Assembly (NCBI GenBank): GCA_013239625.1
Contig: MU053431.1
Location: 2,506,485-2,570,484 of the forward strand
Source: Lama guanicoe
Lineage: Eukaryota
Length of the DNA: 64,000 nt
Reading direction: 5' to 3'
Shown here: positions 36,496-46,721 of the stretch, one piece after another
How the letters are laid out: each line of letters starts with the position of its first letter
Position numbering within the stretch: position 1 is the stretch's first letter
Position numbers and translations under genes: made by a program
Notes under the pieces: generated by a model
What the model saw: only the letters and a program-made list of their open reading frames with translations
What the model was told of the DNA's origin: nothing
Databases searched by the model: none

Positions 36496-36690
36496 TAGGG
36501 CTGCCAGACTTAGCAAAAAACAACCAACACATCTATGAACAGGATATCCAGTTGGGGTTGAATTTCAGATAAACAATATTTTAATATGAGGAAGACGTTT
36601 CATGCAATACTTAGGACATACTCATCCTTAAAAAGTATGAGTTGTTTATTTGAAATTCAAATTAAACTGGGTGTTCTGTATTTTACCAAA
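36496..36690. mobile_element. MER53-like palindromic hAT MITE
   Basis: TAGGGCTGCCAGACTTAGCAAA terminus; inverted arms TTGAATTTCAGATAAACAA / TTGTTTATTTGAAATTCAA. Confidence 0.8.
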
Positions 36691-38073
36691 AAACACGGGT
36701 AGGGGGATAGTCAACCTTCTCCACTCACTCTGCTAATTAACCCCTCCTGCCCCCAAGCCCTAAGGACAGCAGCAGTCCTCAGCTCTGCTTTCCAAGCCTG
36801 GCAGGGCTGACTGGGACAGCAGTGGCCGTGACTCAGGTGCACAGGGCATGCCAGGCTCTGGAGCCCCCTACCCAGAGGGCTGGAGTCTCTGAGGCAGGCC
36901 TCTTGGGTTCTGAGGGCCTGGATGGCTTCTGTTGCGGGTCCAGGCAACAGCTGAATGAGCCCCTGGAACCTGGCTCTTCCCATGCTCCCCGCTAATAGAC
37001 TCTAACCCTGCCCCCTCTGCTGGCAGGTGGACTGGCCCTCTCTGGTGCAGGAGAGAAAGGGGAACCCACCAGAGCCCTCCAGAAAAGAGGAAGGTACAGC
37101 TTGTGGGGTGGTTTGTAGGGGAGGAAGGCTCACCAGGGGCTGAAAATGAGGAACACTGGCTAGGCAGGACCCACCTGGGGAAGGCACCCATGGAAAGAGG
37201 ATCTGGGACAGGCGGGGGTTTCCAGGCTGCACTCACCCCCTTCCTGGGAAGGATGGGGTGCAGGGGCAGGGGCCTAGGCAGTGGGCAAACACTGCCTTCC
37301 TGCTCCAGCAGCCCCACCAGCTAGCCTTGGCTGCTCCCCTGCACTGGGAAGGCTGGACAGGAAACTGCTACTCATAGTGGGTGCCATTCTCCCGGACCCC
37401 ACCTGGTCTTTGCAGATGCTCACACAGCCTGATCCCCGGGGTGCTTCTTCCTGCCTCTGCTCCCTCTCCCGCAAGTGCAGGCACCTCAGGAGGTGGGACA
37501 GGGTCTCACAGCAAGCTGGTTCAGTGTGTGGGAAGCCATGCATTTTTCCAGCAAGATCCCAGCCACTGCCCCAGAAGAGGTTAGGGCTGTTCGACTTCTG
37601 GCCTGTCTGTCCACCTTCAGAGTGGGATGCTGCTCAGGTGTGGTTGGAGGTGGGCTTGGGTATGGGTGGGAGGCTGGTGTGGCAGGGCCCCCAAGAGGAG
37701 GCATGCAGAAGGGTCTGGGGATGGTGTGGCGGCAGCGGAGTCCTAACGCTGTGTCCTGGGGGGCGGGGCAGAACTTGAGGCCCACCACCCCCCGGGACCT
37801 TTTGTGCGCCCATCATGGGGTGTCGGCCTCTCTCCCAGCAACAGTGACTCACAAAGCTGGCCAGCGCTAGGCAGATGCCGCCTCCCCTGGGTCCTGGAAG
37901 GCCCAGGTCACAAAGGCCATTAGGGCCAAGCCCCCAGAAGGCACGTCCCAAGGCAGCCCTGTCCGCGCTCCCCTCTGCAGCTACCCGCAGGGCCGGGCCT
38001 AGGCCTCCCGCCGCGACCCTGGCCTGGCAACTGGGCGTTAGGGCTCGGTCCGTGCCTGGTGACCTCGAGGCCC

Positions 38074-39486
38074 ATGTGCGTGGTCTGCTTCGTGAAGGCG
38101 CTGGTGCACGTGTTCAAAATTTACCTGACCGCCAACTACACCTACAATTTCCGCAGCTGGCCGGTGGACTTCCGCTGGGATGACGTGCGCGCCGCCTCCA
38201 GGGGTAGCAGCGGGCACCGCGCGCTAACGTGCGCAGCGGCTGCGGCGGGTGTGTGGCTGCTGCGGGGCGCGGCGCTGGGCGGGGACGCGGCGGGGCGGCC
38301 ACTGCGCGGAGCGCGCGGCCAGGCGCAGTGCCTCCTGCAGCAGATCCGCGAGCTGCCCGGCCAGCTCGCCAGCTATGCGCTGGCCCACTCGCTGGGTCGC
38401 TGGCTCGTGTACCCCGGCNNNNNNNNNNNNNNNNNNNNNNNNNNNNNNNNNNNNNNNNNNNNNNNNNNNNNNNNNNNNNNNNNNNNNNNNNNNNNNNNNN
38501 NNNNNNNNNNNNNNNNNNNNNNNNNNNNNNNNNNNNNNNNNNNNNNNNNNNNNNNNNNNNNNNNNNNNNNNNNNNNNNNNNNNNNNNNNNNNNNNNNNNN
38601 NNNNNNNNNNNNNNNNNNNNNNNNNNNNNNGATGGGCTGCCTGTCGGCGCCGCTGGAGGCCGGTTACTCTGTGCTGGGCTGGAACCACCCCGGCTTCGGG
38701 GGCAGCACCGGCGCGCCGTTCCCTCAGCACGACGCCAACGCCATGGACGTGGTGGTCAAGTATGCGCTGCACCGCCTGCACTTCCCGCCTGCGCACGTGG
38801 TGGTCTACGGCTGGTCCATCGGCGGCTTCACGGCCACCTGGGCTACTATGACGTACCCAGAGCTGGGTGCGCTGGTGCTAGACGCCACCTTCGACGACCT
38901 CGTGCCGCTGGCGCTGAAGGTAATGCCCCAGAGCTGGAAGGGGCTGGTAGTGCGCACCGTGCGCGAGCACTTCAACCTCAACGTGGCCGAGCAGCTGTGC
39001 CGCTACCCTGGGCCTGTGCTGCTGCTCCGGCGCACACAGGACAACGTGGTCAGCACCTCGGGCCCCCTGCGCCCCCTGCCGTCCGGCGACGTGGAGGGCA
39101 ACCGCGGCAACGAGCTGCTCCTGCGCCTGCTGCAGCACCGCTACCCCGCCGTGATGACGCGCGAGGGCCTCGCCGTGGTGACCCGCTGGCTGCGCACCGG
39201 CAGTCTGGCGCAGGAGGCCGCCTTCTACGCGCGCTACCGCGTGGACGACGAGTGGTGCCTGGAACTGCTGCGCTCCTACCGCGCGCGCTGCGAGGACCTG
39301 CAGGAGGACGAGGAGGCCTGGGGGCCGCACGGGCTTGTCTTCCCTTGGCTGGTGGGCCAGGGCCTTAGCCCGCGGCGGCGCAGGCAGCTCGCGCTGTTCC
39401 TGGCGCGCAAACACCTCAAGAACGTGGAGGCAACTCACTGCAGTCCGCTGGAACCAGAGGACTTTCAGTTCCCCTGGAGACTGTAG
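38074..39486 (+). CDS. ABHD16B: Abhydrolase domain-containing protein 16B, single exon, ~470 aa (212-nt N gap at 38419-38630)
   Basis: ATG 38074 (MCVVCFVKALV), GYSVLGWNHPGF, nucleophile elbow GWSIGG (Ser codon 38815), LDATFDDL, RRTQD, ATHC, TAG 39484-86; frame preserved across the gap; intronless; lies just upstream of TPD52L2. Confidence 0.96.
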   Translation: MCVVCFVKALVHVFKIYLTANYTYNFRSWPVDFRWDDVRAASRGSSGHRALTCAAAAAGVWLLRGAALGGDAAGRPLRGARGQAQCLLQQIRELPGQLASYALAHSLGRWLVYPGXXXXXXXXXXXXXXXXXXXXXXXXXXXXXXXXXXXXXXXXXXXXXXXXXXXXXXXXXXXXXXXXXXXXXXXMGCLSAPLEAGYSVLGWNHPGFGGSTGAPFPQHDANAMDVVVKYALHRLHFPPAHVVVYGWSIGGFTATWATMTYPELGALVLDATFDDLVPLALKVMPQSWKGLVVRTVREHFNLNVAEQLCRYPGPVLLLRRTQDNVVSTSGPLRPLPSGDVEGNRGNELLLRLLQHRYPAVMTREGLAVVTRWLRTGSLAQEAAFYARYRVDDEWCLELLRSYRARCEDLQEDEEAWGPHGLVFPWLVGQGLSPRRRRQLALFLARKHLKNVEATHCSPLEPEDFQFPWRL

Positions 39487-40584
39487 ATCGCGCCTTTGCG
39501 GGTCCGTTCCCCACACCCCCAAATTAGTAAATCTGGCCCTGCCTGGGGGAGGTTGGGGCAGCAGAGAGGGACCTGGTGCTCTCCCTTACTGGGGCATCCC
39601 CTTCTCGTCTTTCTCTTCCTCCCTCCCAGTCCATTCCCAGCTCCTAAAGGGTATGTAGAGATTAACCTGACCTAGTGTATGATGGTGGTTTGATCACCTC
39701 AAAAGGATGGCGGGAAGAGGGACGGTGGAACACCAGGAGGGGTCCTTCACCTGGCCTGGGTCGTGGCATGCTCTGGGAAAGATGAAGTGTTGAAGGGTCT
39801 GTGCAAGTCGCCCCTAGCTGTGAAGGGACATTAGCTTTGGAAGGCTATACAGGTCTTAGCAGCTGGACCTTCCCAGGAGTGTGATACTGCTGCTTCATAG
39901 GTTCTCCCCACCTCCCTTCCGCCAATCCCAGCTTCTACAGGACTCAGAGTAAGTGGCACATCAATGTGGGACTACAGTCACACCCGCACTGACCACTCAT
40001 TGCTTAGTTCCTGACTCAGGGATGCAATTCAGAATGAGAGACAAGCCCTTTTTATTACCCATGTACATGAACTGCAAGAAACAGGGACTGCTTGCTGGCT
40101 GTCCCCAACCCTGGGGAACAGGGGCTGGTCAGGGTGGGTTGAGCTGGAAACTCTGGAAAAACTGAAAGGCAAGTGGGGCAGACATAACTGACAGGCCCAG
40201 AGCAAGACCTGGCCTTGATGCACCTGGGCTACTGCGAGCATAGGTAGGTACCTAAGGTAATGTAAAGTACCAGGAAGACCTATGGGGAGAAGGTGAGCTT
40301 TGAGCTGAGACAAGAAGAGGAGCTAGTCAGCTGACGAAGGGCTTTCAAACCTAGGGATAGGCACAAGCAGAGGGCTCGGCCGGAAGGAGGAGTGCTGTTC
40401 GGAATGGTCAGATCCTCAACGCTTTGAATACCATTAAAGAATGTGCTTGCAGAGACAATTAGTCAAAGGGGGGGGAAGTCCTCGGACTTGTTATAGCGGG
40501 ACCGGCATGTCTAATGGTTGCACACCTCTCCTTTGAGAAGTCTGGCAAACTTTCCTCCAGAGTCTGCCGCAGCTCGACTAGCTG

Positions 40585-40690
40585 TGTGGTGGGCAAGTTA
40601 CTCTGGCTTCAGTTTCCTCATCTGTAAAGTGGGGAGGGTCCCGCTTGGCTCACCGAGTTGCTGTGAAAAGGAAGTGAGAGAACGCGGGGG
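40585..40690 (+). mobile_element. MIR fragment
   Basis: Core GGGCAAGTTACT..TCAGTTTCCTCATCTGTAAAGTGGG. Confidence 0.8.
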
Positions 40691-41760
40691 TGCGCGCGGC
40701 GCAGCGGCGCCTGCGGGGCAAGAGGAGAGCTCATGCTCGCTTTTTCCGCGCAACCGTCGTACAATCAACAACCCCCACAAAAAAGACAAACTCAAAAAAA
40801 AAAAAAAAGAAAAAGAAACTCCAAAGTCAGGGGGTCAGGCCTCGAAGGGATCTCAAACGTCCTGAGTCTGACCCGCCAAAATACCCTCGTAGGCAGCGGC
40901 AAAACCCCTCGAGACCTCCAAGAGGCTCAGCTCTGGCCTTCCATAGCGCCAAGGTGGACGGTCCTCCTACTTCCCACCTTTCCCGTGGTCCGTAGGACCG
41001 TTCTACCTGTGAGTCTCGCTGGTGGAGCTGGCCTTCCTTTCCGGCTTCGTCCGCAGCCTCGGCCAATCAAGTTGAAGCGGATGAACCCGGACTGCGCCAG
41101 ACAACGCCCTCATTGGACACCGCTCGTTGGGGGGTGGGGCGAAGGCAGAGAGCGCCTCAAAGCGGAAGTGGGTCGTCGCGCCGCTGATTACGTAATGCCG
41201 CGGCGGCTGGAGGCGGTTCCGCTGGCTGGTGTGTACGCGGCGAGCGATACCTGGTGCGGCGCGCTCGGCTCCCACAGCGCCCGCGACCCCGGCCTCGACG
41301 CCAGCTACGGCCTGGCCGCCGCCTGAACATGGACTCCGCCGGCCAAGGTACCTGCGGGCCCGGCGCCTCTGCCGCGGATTGGCCGGGCGTCGCGCGGCGG
41401 GCGCCGGACCGTCCAACTGCGCCTACCCACCCCGCGGCCTCTCTCCAGCTCCCAGGCTCCCGGCGTCGAAGCTACAGGCGGGTTTTCCGCCCCCGGCTGG
41501 GACCGCTGCGAGCTCTCGCTCCCCGGCGCCCTCCCCTCGCCTAGAATTCAGGTTTTCCTCACTCCGGGCAGTTCTTACTATGCCCCCGCCCGGCGCTTGC
41601 GTGGCCGGCCGCCCCTGCGCAAGGCCCCCGGGGATACTCCTTCTGGCCCTGGACCCGGGCTGAGGTGCTGTGCGCGGCTCCCAGGGAGGGGAGGGGAAGT
41701 GCAGCCGTCCTTGCGTACGGCGCAGCGCCCCTTGGGTGGCAGCGCTGCTCTGAGCCCAGC
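40680..41760 (+). promoter_or_regulatory. TPD52L2: TPD52L2 CpG-island promoter
   Basis: CpG-dense; CCAAT 41063, ATTGG 41112, ETS GCGGAAGTG 41162, ATTACGTAAT 41187; contains exon 1. Confidence 0.88.
41329..41347 (+). CDS. TPD52L2: TPD52L2 (TPD54) coding exon 1, MDSAGQ(D)
   Basis: aacATGg start in a CpG island; donor AAG|gtacct at 41347/8; 19 nt. Confidence 0.93.
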
Positions 41761-42209
41761 CTACTTTGGGGTTGTCTCAAGGGGGAAAGGGTACAGTGAG
41801 TCAGGGGCACACCCAGCATACCAGGCCTATTTCTGGAACAGACACCCCAGACCAGTTTGGATGGCCGCTGAGGTGTGGAGCGGGCCCAGGAGATTAAAAT
41901 CTCGAGTCTGTCTTTTGTTCTGGGTCTCTGGAGAGGACATGCTGAATTCCTACGTTGACATAGGTACACTGAGTAATTTCAGGATGCTCTTCTACTGTTG
42001 GACCTGTATCAGCATATTAATTTAAACGAACGAATTTTTTGAGTTCTGGTAGATTCTGTAAGTTTTTCAACTTTTAACTTACTTACAGAGTAGTTCAGCG
42101 TCAAAAGCCCCGGCTCTGATAAGTTCAGGAGGCTTTCCACTATTTGACTTGTATCTCTAATTTAGTTGAACATGGTCGCAAGCGCTGGGTTCTTGTCGCG
42201 AGAAAGGCA

Positions 42210-42380
42210 GAGAACATTTACTGAGCACTACTATGTGCCACACACCATGCTAAGCCTGTTTCCCAAGTCTTTTTCTGTGTTTAGGCTGGGATTGGTCCTT
42301 GTATTGCCCCCATTTTGCAGATGATGGTACGGTACAGGCTTAGCTGAGACTCACCAGGTGAAGGACTCTAGCCCCTGGTG
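42210..42380 (-). mobile_element. MIR fragment
   Basis: AACATTTACTGAGCACTACTATGTGCCA, CCCCATTTTGCAGATGA. Confidence 0.7.
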
Positions 42381-43781
42381 TTGCCTGCTGCACCAGCCCA
42401 TGCTTTTTTTCTGTAGGCCCTTTGGTAAGACACTCTCCTGCCTGTCTCTCCTAAGTCAGGGTGTAGTGAGGCTGGTATCACACAGAGTGATTGTGCAGTG
42501 CCTAGCATGTTAGATAAGTGCCCATTTTCTATCTGGAGGTGATTTCCGTGGGATCCATTTTTAGCTTTACAGGCAGAAACTGTCTGAGGACCTTCATTTG
42601 TTCTTTAAAAACAGAAGAATTGTAGAGATTTTAAGGCATTTACTGAATTTGAGTAGGTTCAATATAACAGATACAAATATTAAAGTAAAAGCACATAGGC
42701 CGATCTCAGTTAAAAATCAGAGTCAGTTGATTAAAAAAAAAAGTGGCATGCTTCATTCAGTGAATATCTCTAGAGCACTAAGGAAGTGCACAGCTCCAGC
42801 CACGGGGGGACCTGGGAAGGGAGTGACACGGCCAACTAAATGCAGCATCTCTGATTTTTCGTGCATTCTACCTATTTTTAGCAGACTATGGCTTCTAGAC
42901 TAGACAAACATCTGCAACGAAAGACACTTTTACCTCCTTCCAACCTTTATGCCTTTTATTTTAACTTACTTTTAAATGTGCCAGACACCATACAGAGCCC
43001 CTTCATGGAATGTGCTGTCCGTAAGGGAGCATATTTTCAATGCTGGTTGTATAAAAGTACTAAACAGCCGTGCTCTAGAAATCGAAAAGAATTGAAGTAC
43101 ACCCATTTTTCCCTGCGTGGCATCTTAAACTTTTAGCATAGACAGGAAGATGCATTTAATGGGAAGAAAAGGTGTGTATGCAGGAATAAGAACCCGCCCT
43201 GGGTGTAGCAGAAGTGTGTGGAGGCAGTGTTCCTTCTGCACCTCCCTACCTGCTGTGGCCCCTTTGCTGTGGGTGCAGGTTGAGGACTTTGTTTTGCTGA
43301 TTCCCTGTGGGGCTGCATGGCTGGCATGTGTTCTGTGTGTGTAACCTTAGCTTATGCTCTGGCAGAGCAGTGGATTGGTAAGTGCTACTTGTTGTGTGTA
43401 CAGCTGTATTAAGGTGCTTCACTCTAAAAAGTGGAAGATCTATTAGATCGGACTGCTTTGTTTGCAGCAGAGGTTTCCTGTCTCTGAAGATAGTATTCTT
43501 GAGGGAGACACCGGAGTTAGGGAATGGCTGCCTTGTGCCAGCACTTCTAGTGCCTGAAGAAGCATCTCAGGTAGCCTGAGAGGTGGCTGCCCTCAGTCTG
43601 GTGGCTCAAACCATCTTTACTGAACCTGTTAGAGAAGACATGTTGTCTCCACGGATCCCCCTGCCCCTTTCCCATAAACCTGCCCTTTCACCCTTGCTTC
43701 CTCCCTCAGTGGAGACCTCTGCCCTGTTTTCTCCCCTCCCACCTCTTACTTGACACTCTGACCACCTTTTGTCTCTGGCAG

Positions 43782-43927
43782 ATATCAACCTGAACTCTCC
43801 CAACAAAGGTCTGCTCTCCGACTCCATGACGGATGTCCCTGTTGACACAGCAGTGGCTGCCCAGGCTCCTGCTGTTCAGGGTCTGACGGAGGCTGAGGAG
43901 GAGGAGCTCAGGGCCGAGCTTGCAAAG
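43782..43927 (+). CDS. TPD52L2: TPD52L2 exon 2 (DINLNSPNKGLLSDSMTDVPVD...EEEELRAELAK)
   Basis: Polypyrimidine tract plus cag acceptor; AAG|gtgctg donor; 146 nt; phase fits exon 1. Confidence 0.96.
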
Positions 43928-45711
43928 GTGCTGTGTCTTGGCCATCCATTGTGGGTGACTGTGAGGCTCTCTCAGGCTAACGAGGGGCCAGAGTGCTGGC
44001 TGTGCCCTGGAGAAGGTGCCCCGGAAGGTTGTCCTGGGGGCCCCACAGAAACTGCTCTCTGCACCCTTTGTCTGTATGTGTCTGGCACCTTGTAGGTGCC
44101 CCCAGAGGAGCCGGTCCACATGGGGACAATGGCTCAGAGCATACTATCTACTGGGAGTTCCTCTTGGAATTAACATGACATTTTCAAGACCCCACAGATG
44201 TAGCTGCCCCTGGATTTTCCTTTTCCTTTTAAAAATGCTTGTCTTGTTAAAAAAAAAAAAAAGCTTTAAGTGACCGTTTTAAAGCGAGAGTGTCTTGAGA
44301 GGAAATAGAGATTAAGAATTAAAGCCTCTAAGTATAATTTTTATTCAGACCAACTGCCAAGAGTGTTTCTTTTTGCAGCATGATATGGAGTCTGATAGTG
44401 ACTCACTTGAGATTCCAGAATCTGGGGAAATGAAGTCGTCAGCACCTGACCGTAGCGTCCAGTCAGGCAGAGGCTGGAACACGCTGAGCACAGTTCTCTC
44501 CTCTGCCTTCAGAGACGAGCACACCTGCGTACATTCTGGGTCCAACCCTAGGTCTGAGCAGGGCTGGTCGTTTTCAGCCTCAACCTCAGTCCCGGGACAA
44601 GGTTTCAGATCATAGAGAAAGAGTGCAGCTATTTCTGAACTGAACAAAAGGGGGGAGCAGCAAGAAGTCCCAGGAGACTTACACTTTGCCCTTTATCTCA
44701 GAACTTGTTGGTTTGGAGAATAAAACCACAGAGTCTTTTCAGAGTTGGGCTGCAAAGCAAAGAGCTCTTGTGTCACTTCACATTTAGGCTTGCATGTGCA
44801 CATGCTGTTAAGCCCCCGTTAGTCAAGGCACTGTAAATGGAACACTGTAGTCTTGGTTGTCCTTGCTGGCGTGACTGATAATAGTTTGGCTTTAGATGAC
44901 CCTGTATTTTGGGGGGTTTTGTTTTAATATTTTCTAAAGGAAAATCTGGTGATATGCAGGGTTCTAGGCTGTTGCTAGTGCCTTCATCCAAACAGTCACT
45001 GTTTAAAGAAAGGGACTTTTTTTAGTAATGGCTGTCCATGTAGATGCTGAAAATATGGAGAACTCTAAGATAGGAAGGTTCCAAAGGATGCTCCCTTCTA
45101 TGGTCACATTCTTTTATTCTGAAATATAAGGTTCCAGTCTTTATCGTCAAGATTGTTTCTGACTTCAATGAAACAAACAAAGATTGTTTCTGTTGCCCAA
45201 CTCAGACTGCACGAAAGGGAATTTGCCTTTTTCAAGGCCTGGGGCTGCCCTCAGGAACACAGATGTCATAAAAGGTGGTTTCTCTGTCACGTGGGTCTCT
45301 GGCCGTCTGTCCATCTGTCAGCTCTGCTTCCTTCCCACTGCCTATGAAATTACCCCGTGGTGCAGATGGGACCTGGCTGCCAGCAGTTCCACCCTCTGAG
45401 ATCCAGGCCCAGACCCAGAGCCTGGACAGAAAGGGCTTCTCTATTCTAAGACCTATGACCAGTCCCAGGGAAGAGCTCTGACAGGCCTTGCTTCATCCCC
45501 ACGGGTCGGTTGGCACTGCTATCCATAGCGCCACCGAAACACTTGGCTTGGGAGGATGGGGCAGTTCTCCGGAAGTTGAGGTGCTGGTACCGAATAAAAG
45601 CAGGACAGATGTCTGCTGTAGCCGACTCCTAAGATGAGTTACATTTCTGTAAATGGAAATTTTTCACATAATTCTGAGAAACCTCTCGTGCTGTGTGCAT
45701 AAGGATGCTAG

Positions 45712-45912
<201 letters not shown>

Positions 45913-46661
45913 TGAGTACCTGCTCAGCTGTGTCCAGGGCGTCGAGCTCTTAGAAGGTGGCCATACTAGGTAGTCGTCCAAGCAGAAATTGACAGGAAGA
46001 ATATGTTTTGGGTCTAAATTTGAGAAAACGCTAATTAGGCACTCAGTGAGACTGACTAGCCTGTGGTCCCTGTAGCCCAGTGTCCGCTGAAGTGGACATG
46101 AGTCCTTCCCATGAGCGTGATGTCACAGCCCCAGGACCTCTGACCCAGATGTGACTCAGCTCTCTGAATTTGGGGATTGCGGCTCTGTGGCTCCTCTGAC
46201 ACATGTCCTCTGAGGTGGGGGGTGGGAAGTATTCCCCCGTCCAAGAAACCATGTCCCCACAGAAATATCAAATTAAATTTCATTAATCTCCCTGTGAAAA
46301 GCCCATTTCCTGCCTAGGAAGTTGTAGGTTTTGAATCCCAGAAGGTGACTGTCAGAGTAGTGTTTTGGGGCTACGGGCTGTGCGGGCTGTGCCCCCTTAC
46401 TCCCCAGGAGCCAGCTTAACATCAGATGGCTAGGTGCTCCCTTGGCCTGATGGGAAGAGGGCTGGTCAGCTCTACCCAGGCCTCACCTGGGCCTGCAGAG
46501 CAGGTGCTGGGCGGCGGCGGCGGCCCTTGTCTCCGCAGGCTGCAGGTGCGGTGTTCTTGCTGGCTGGTCCTTCTCTGTTTTCCCTTGGAATTTCACTGCA
46601 GGTCGAGACCTGAGTTGAAACAGGTTTTCTAAATAATTTACCACAGACTTTCTGTTTTTAG

Positions 46662-46721
46662 CTATGTGAAAACTTCTGAGAAACTTGGAGAGTGGAACGA
46701 GAAAGTGACGCAGTCGGACCT
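46662..46721 (+). CDS. TPD52L2: TPD52L2 exon 4, 60-nt cassette (YVKTSEKLGEWNEKVTQSDL)
   Basis: tttttag| acceptor, CT|gtgagt donor; symmetric phase 2-2. Confidence 0.95.

Noticed and set aside
38059-38073. GTG start used by the ORF track for ABHD16B
   Set aside because: In-frame ATG 38074 gives the recognisable MCV..FVKAL N-terminus
38224-39522. Alternative-frame and antisense ORFs over ABHD16B
   Set aside because: Shadows of high GC3 codon usage and the N gap
43769-44095. 108-aa ORF as a separate gene
   Set aside because: TPD52L2 exon 2 reading into flanking intron
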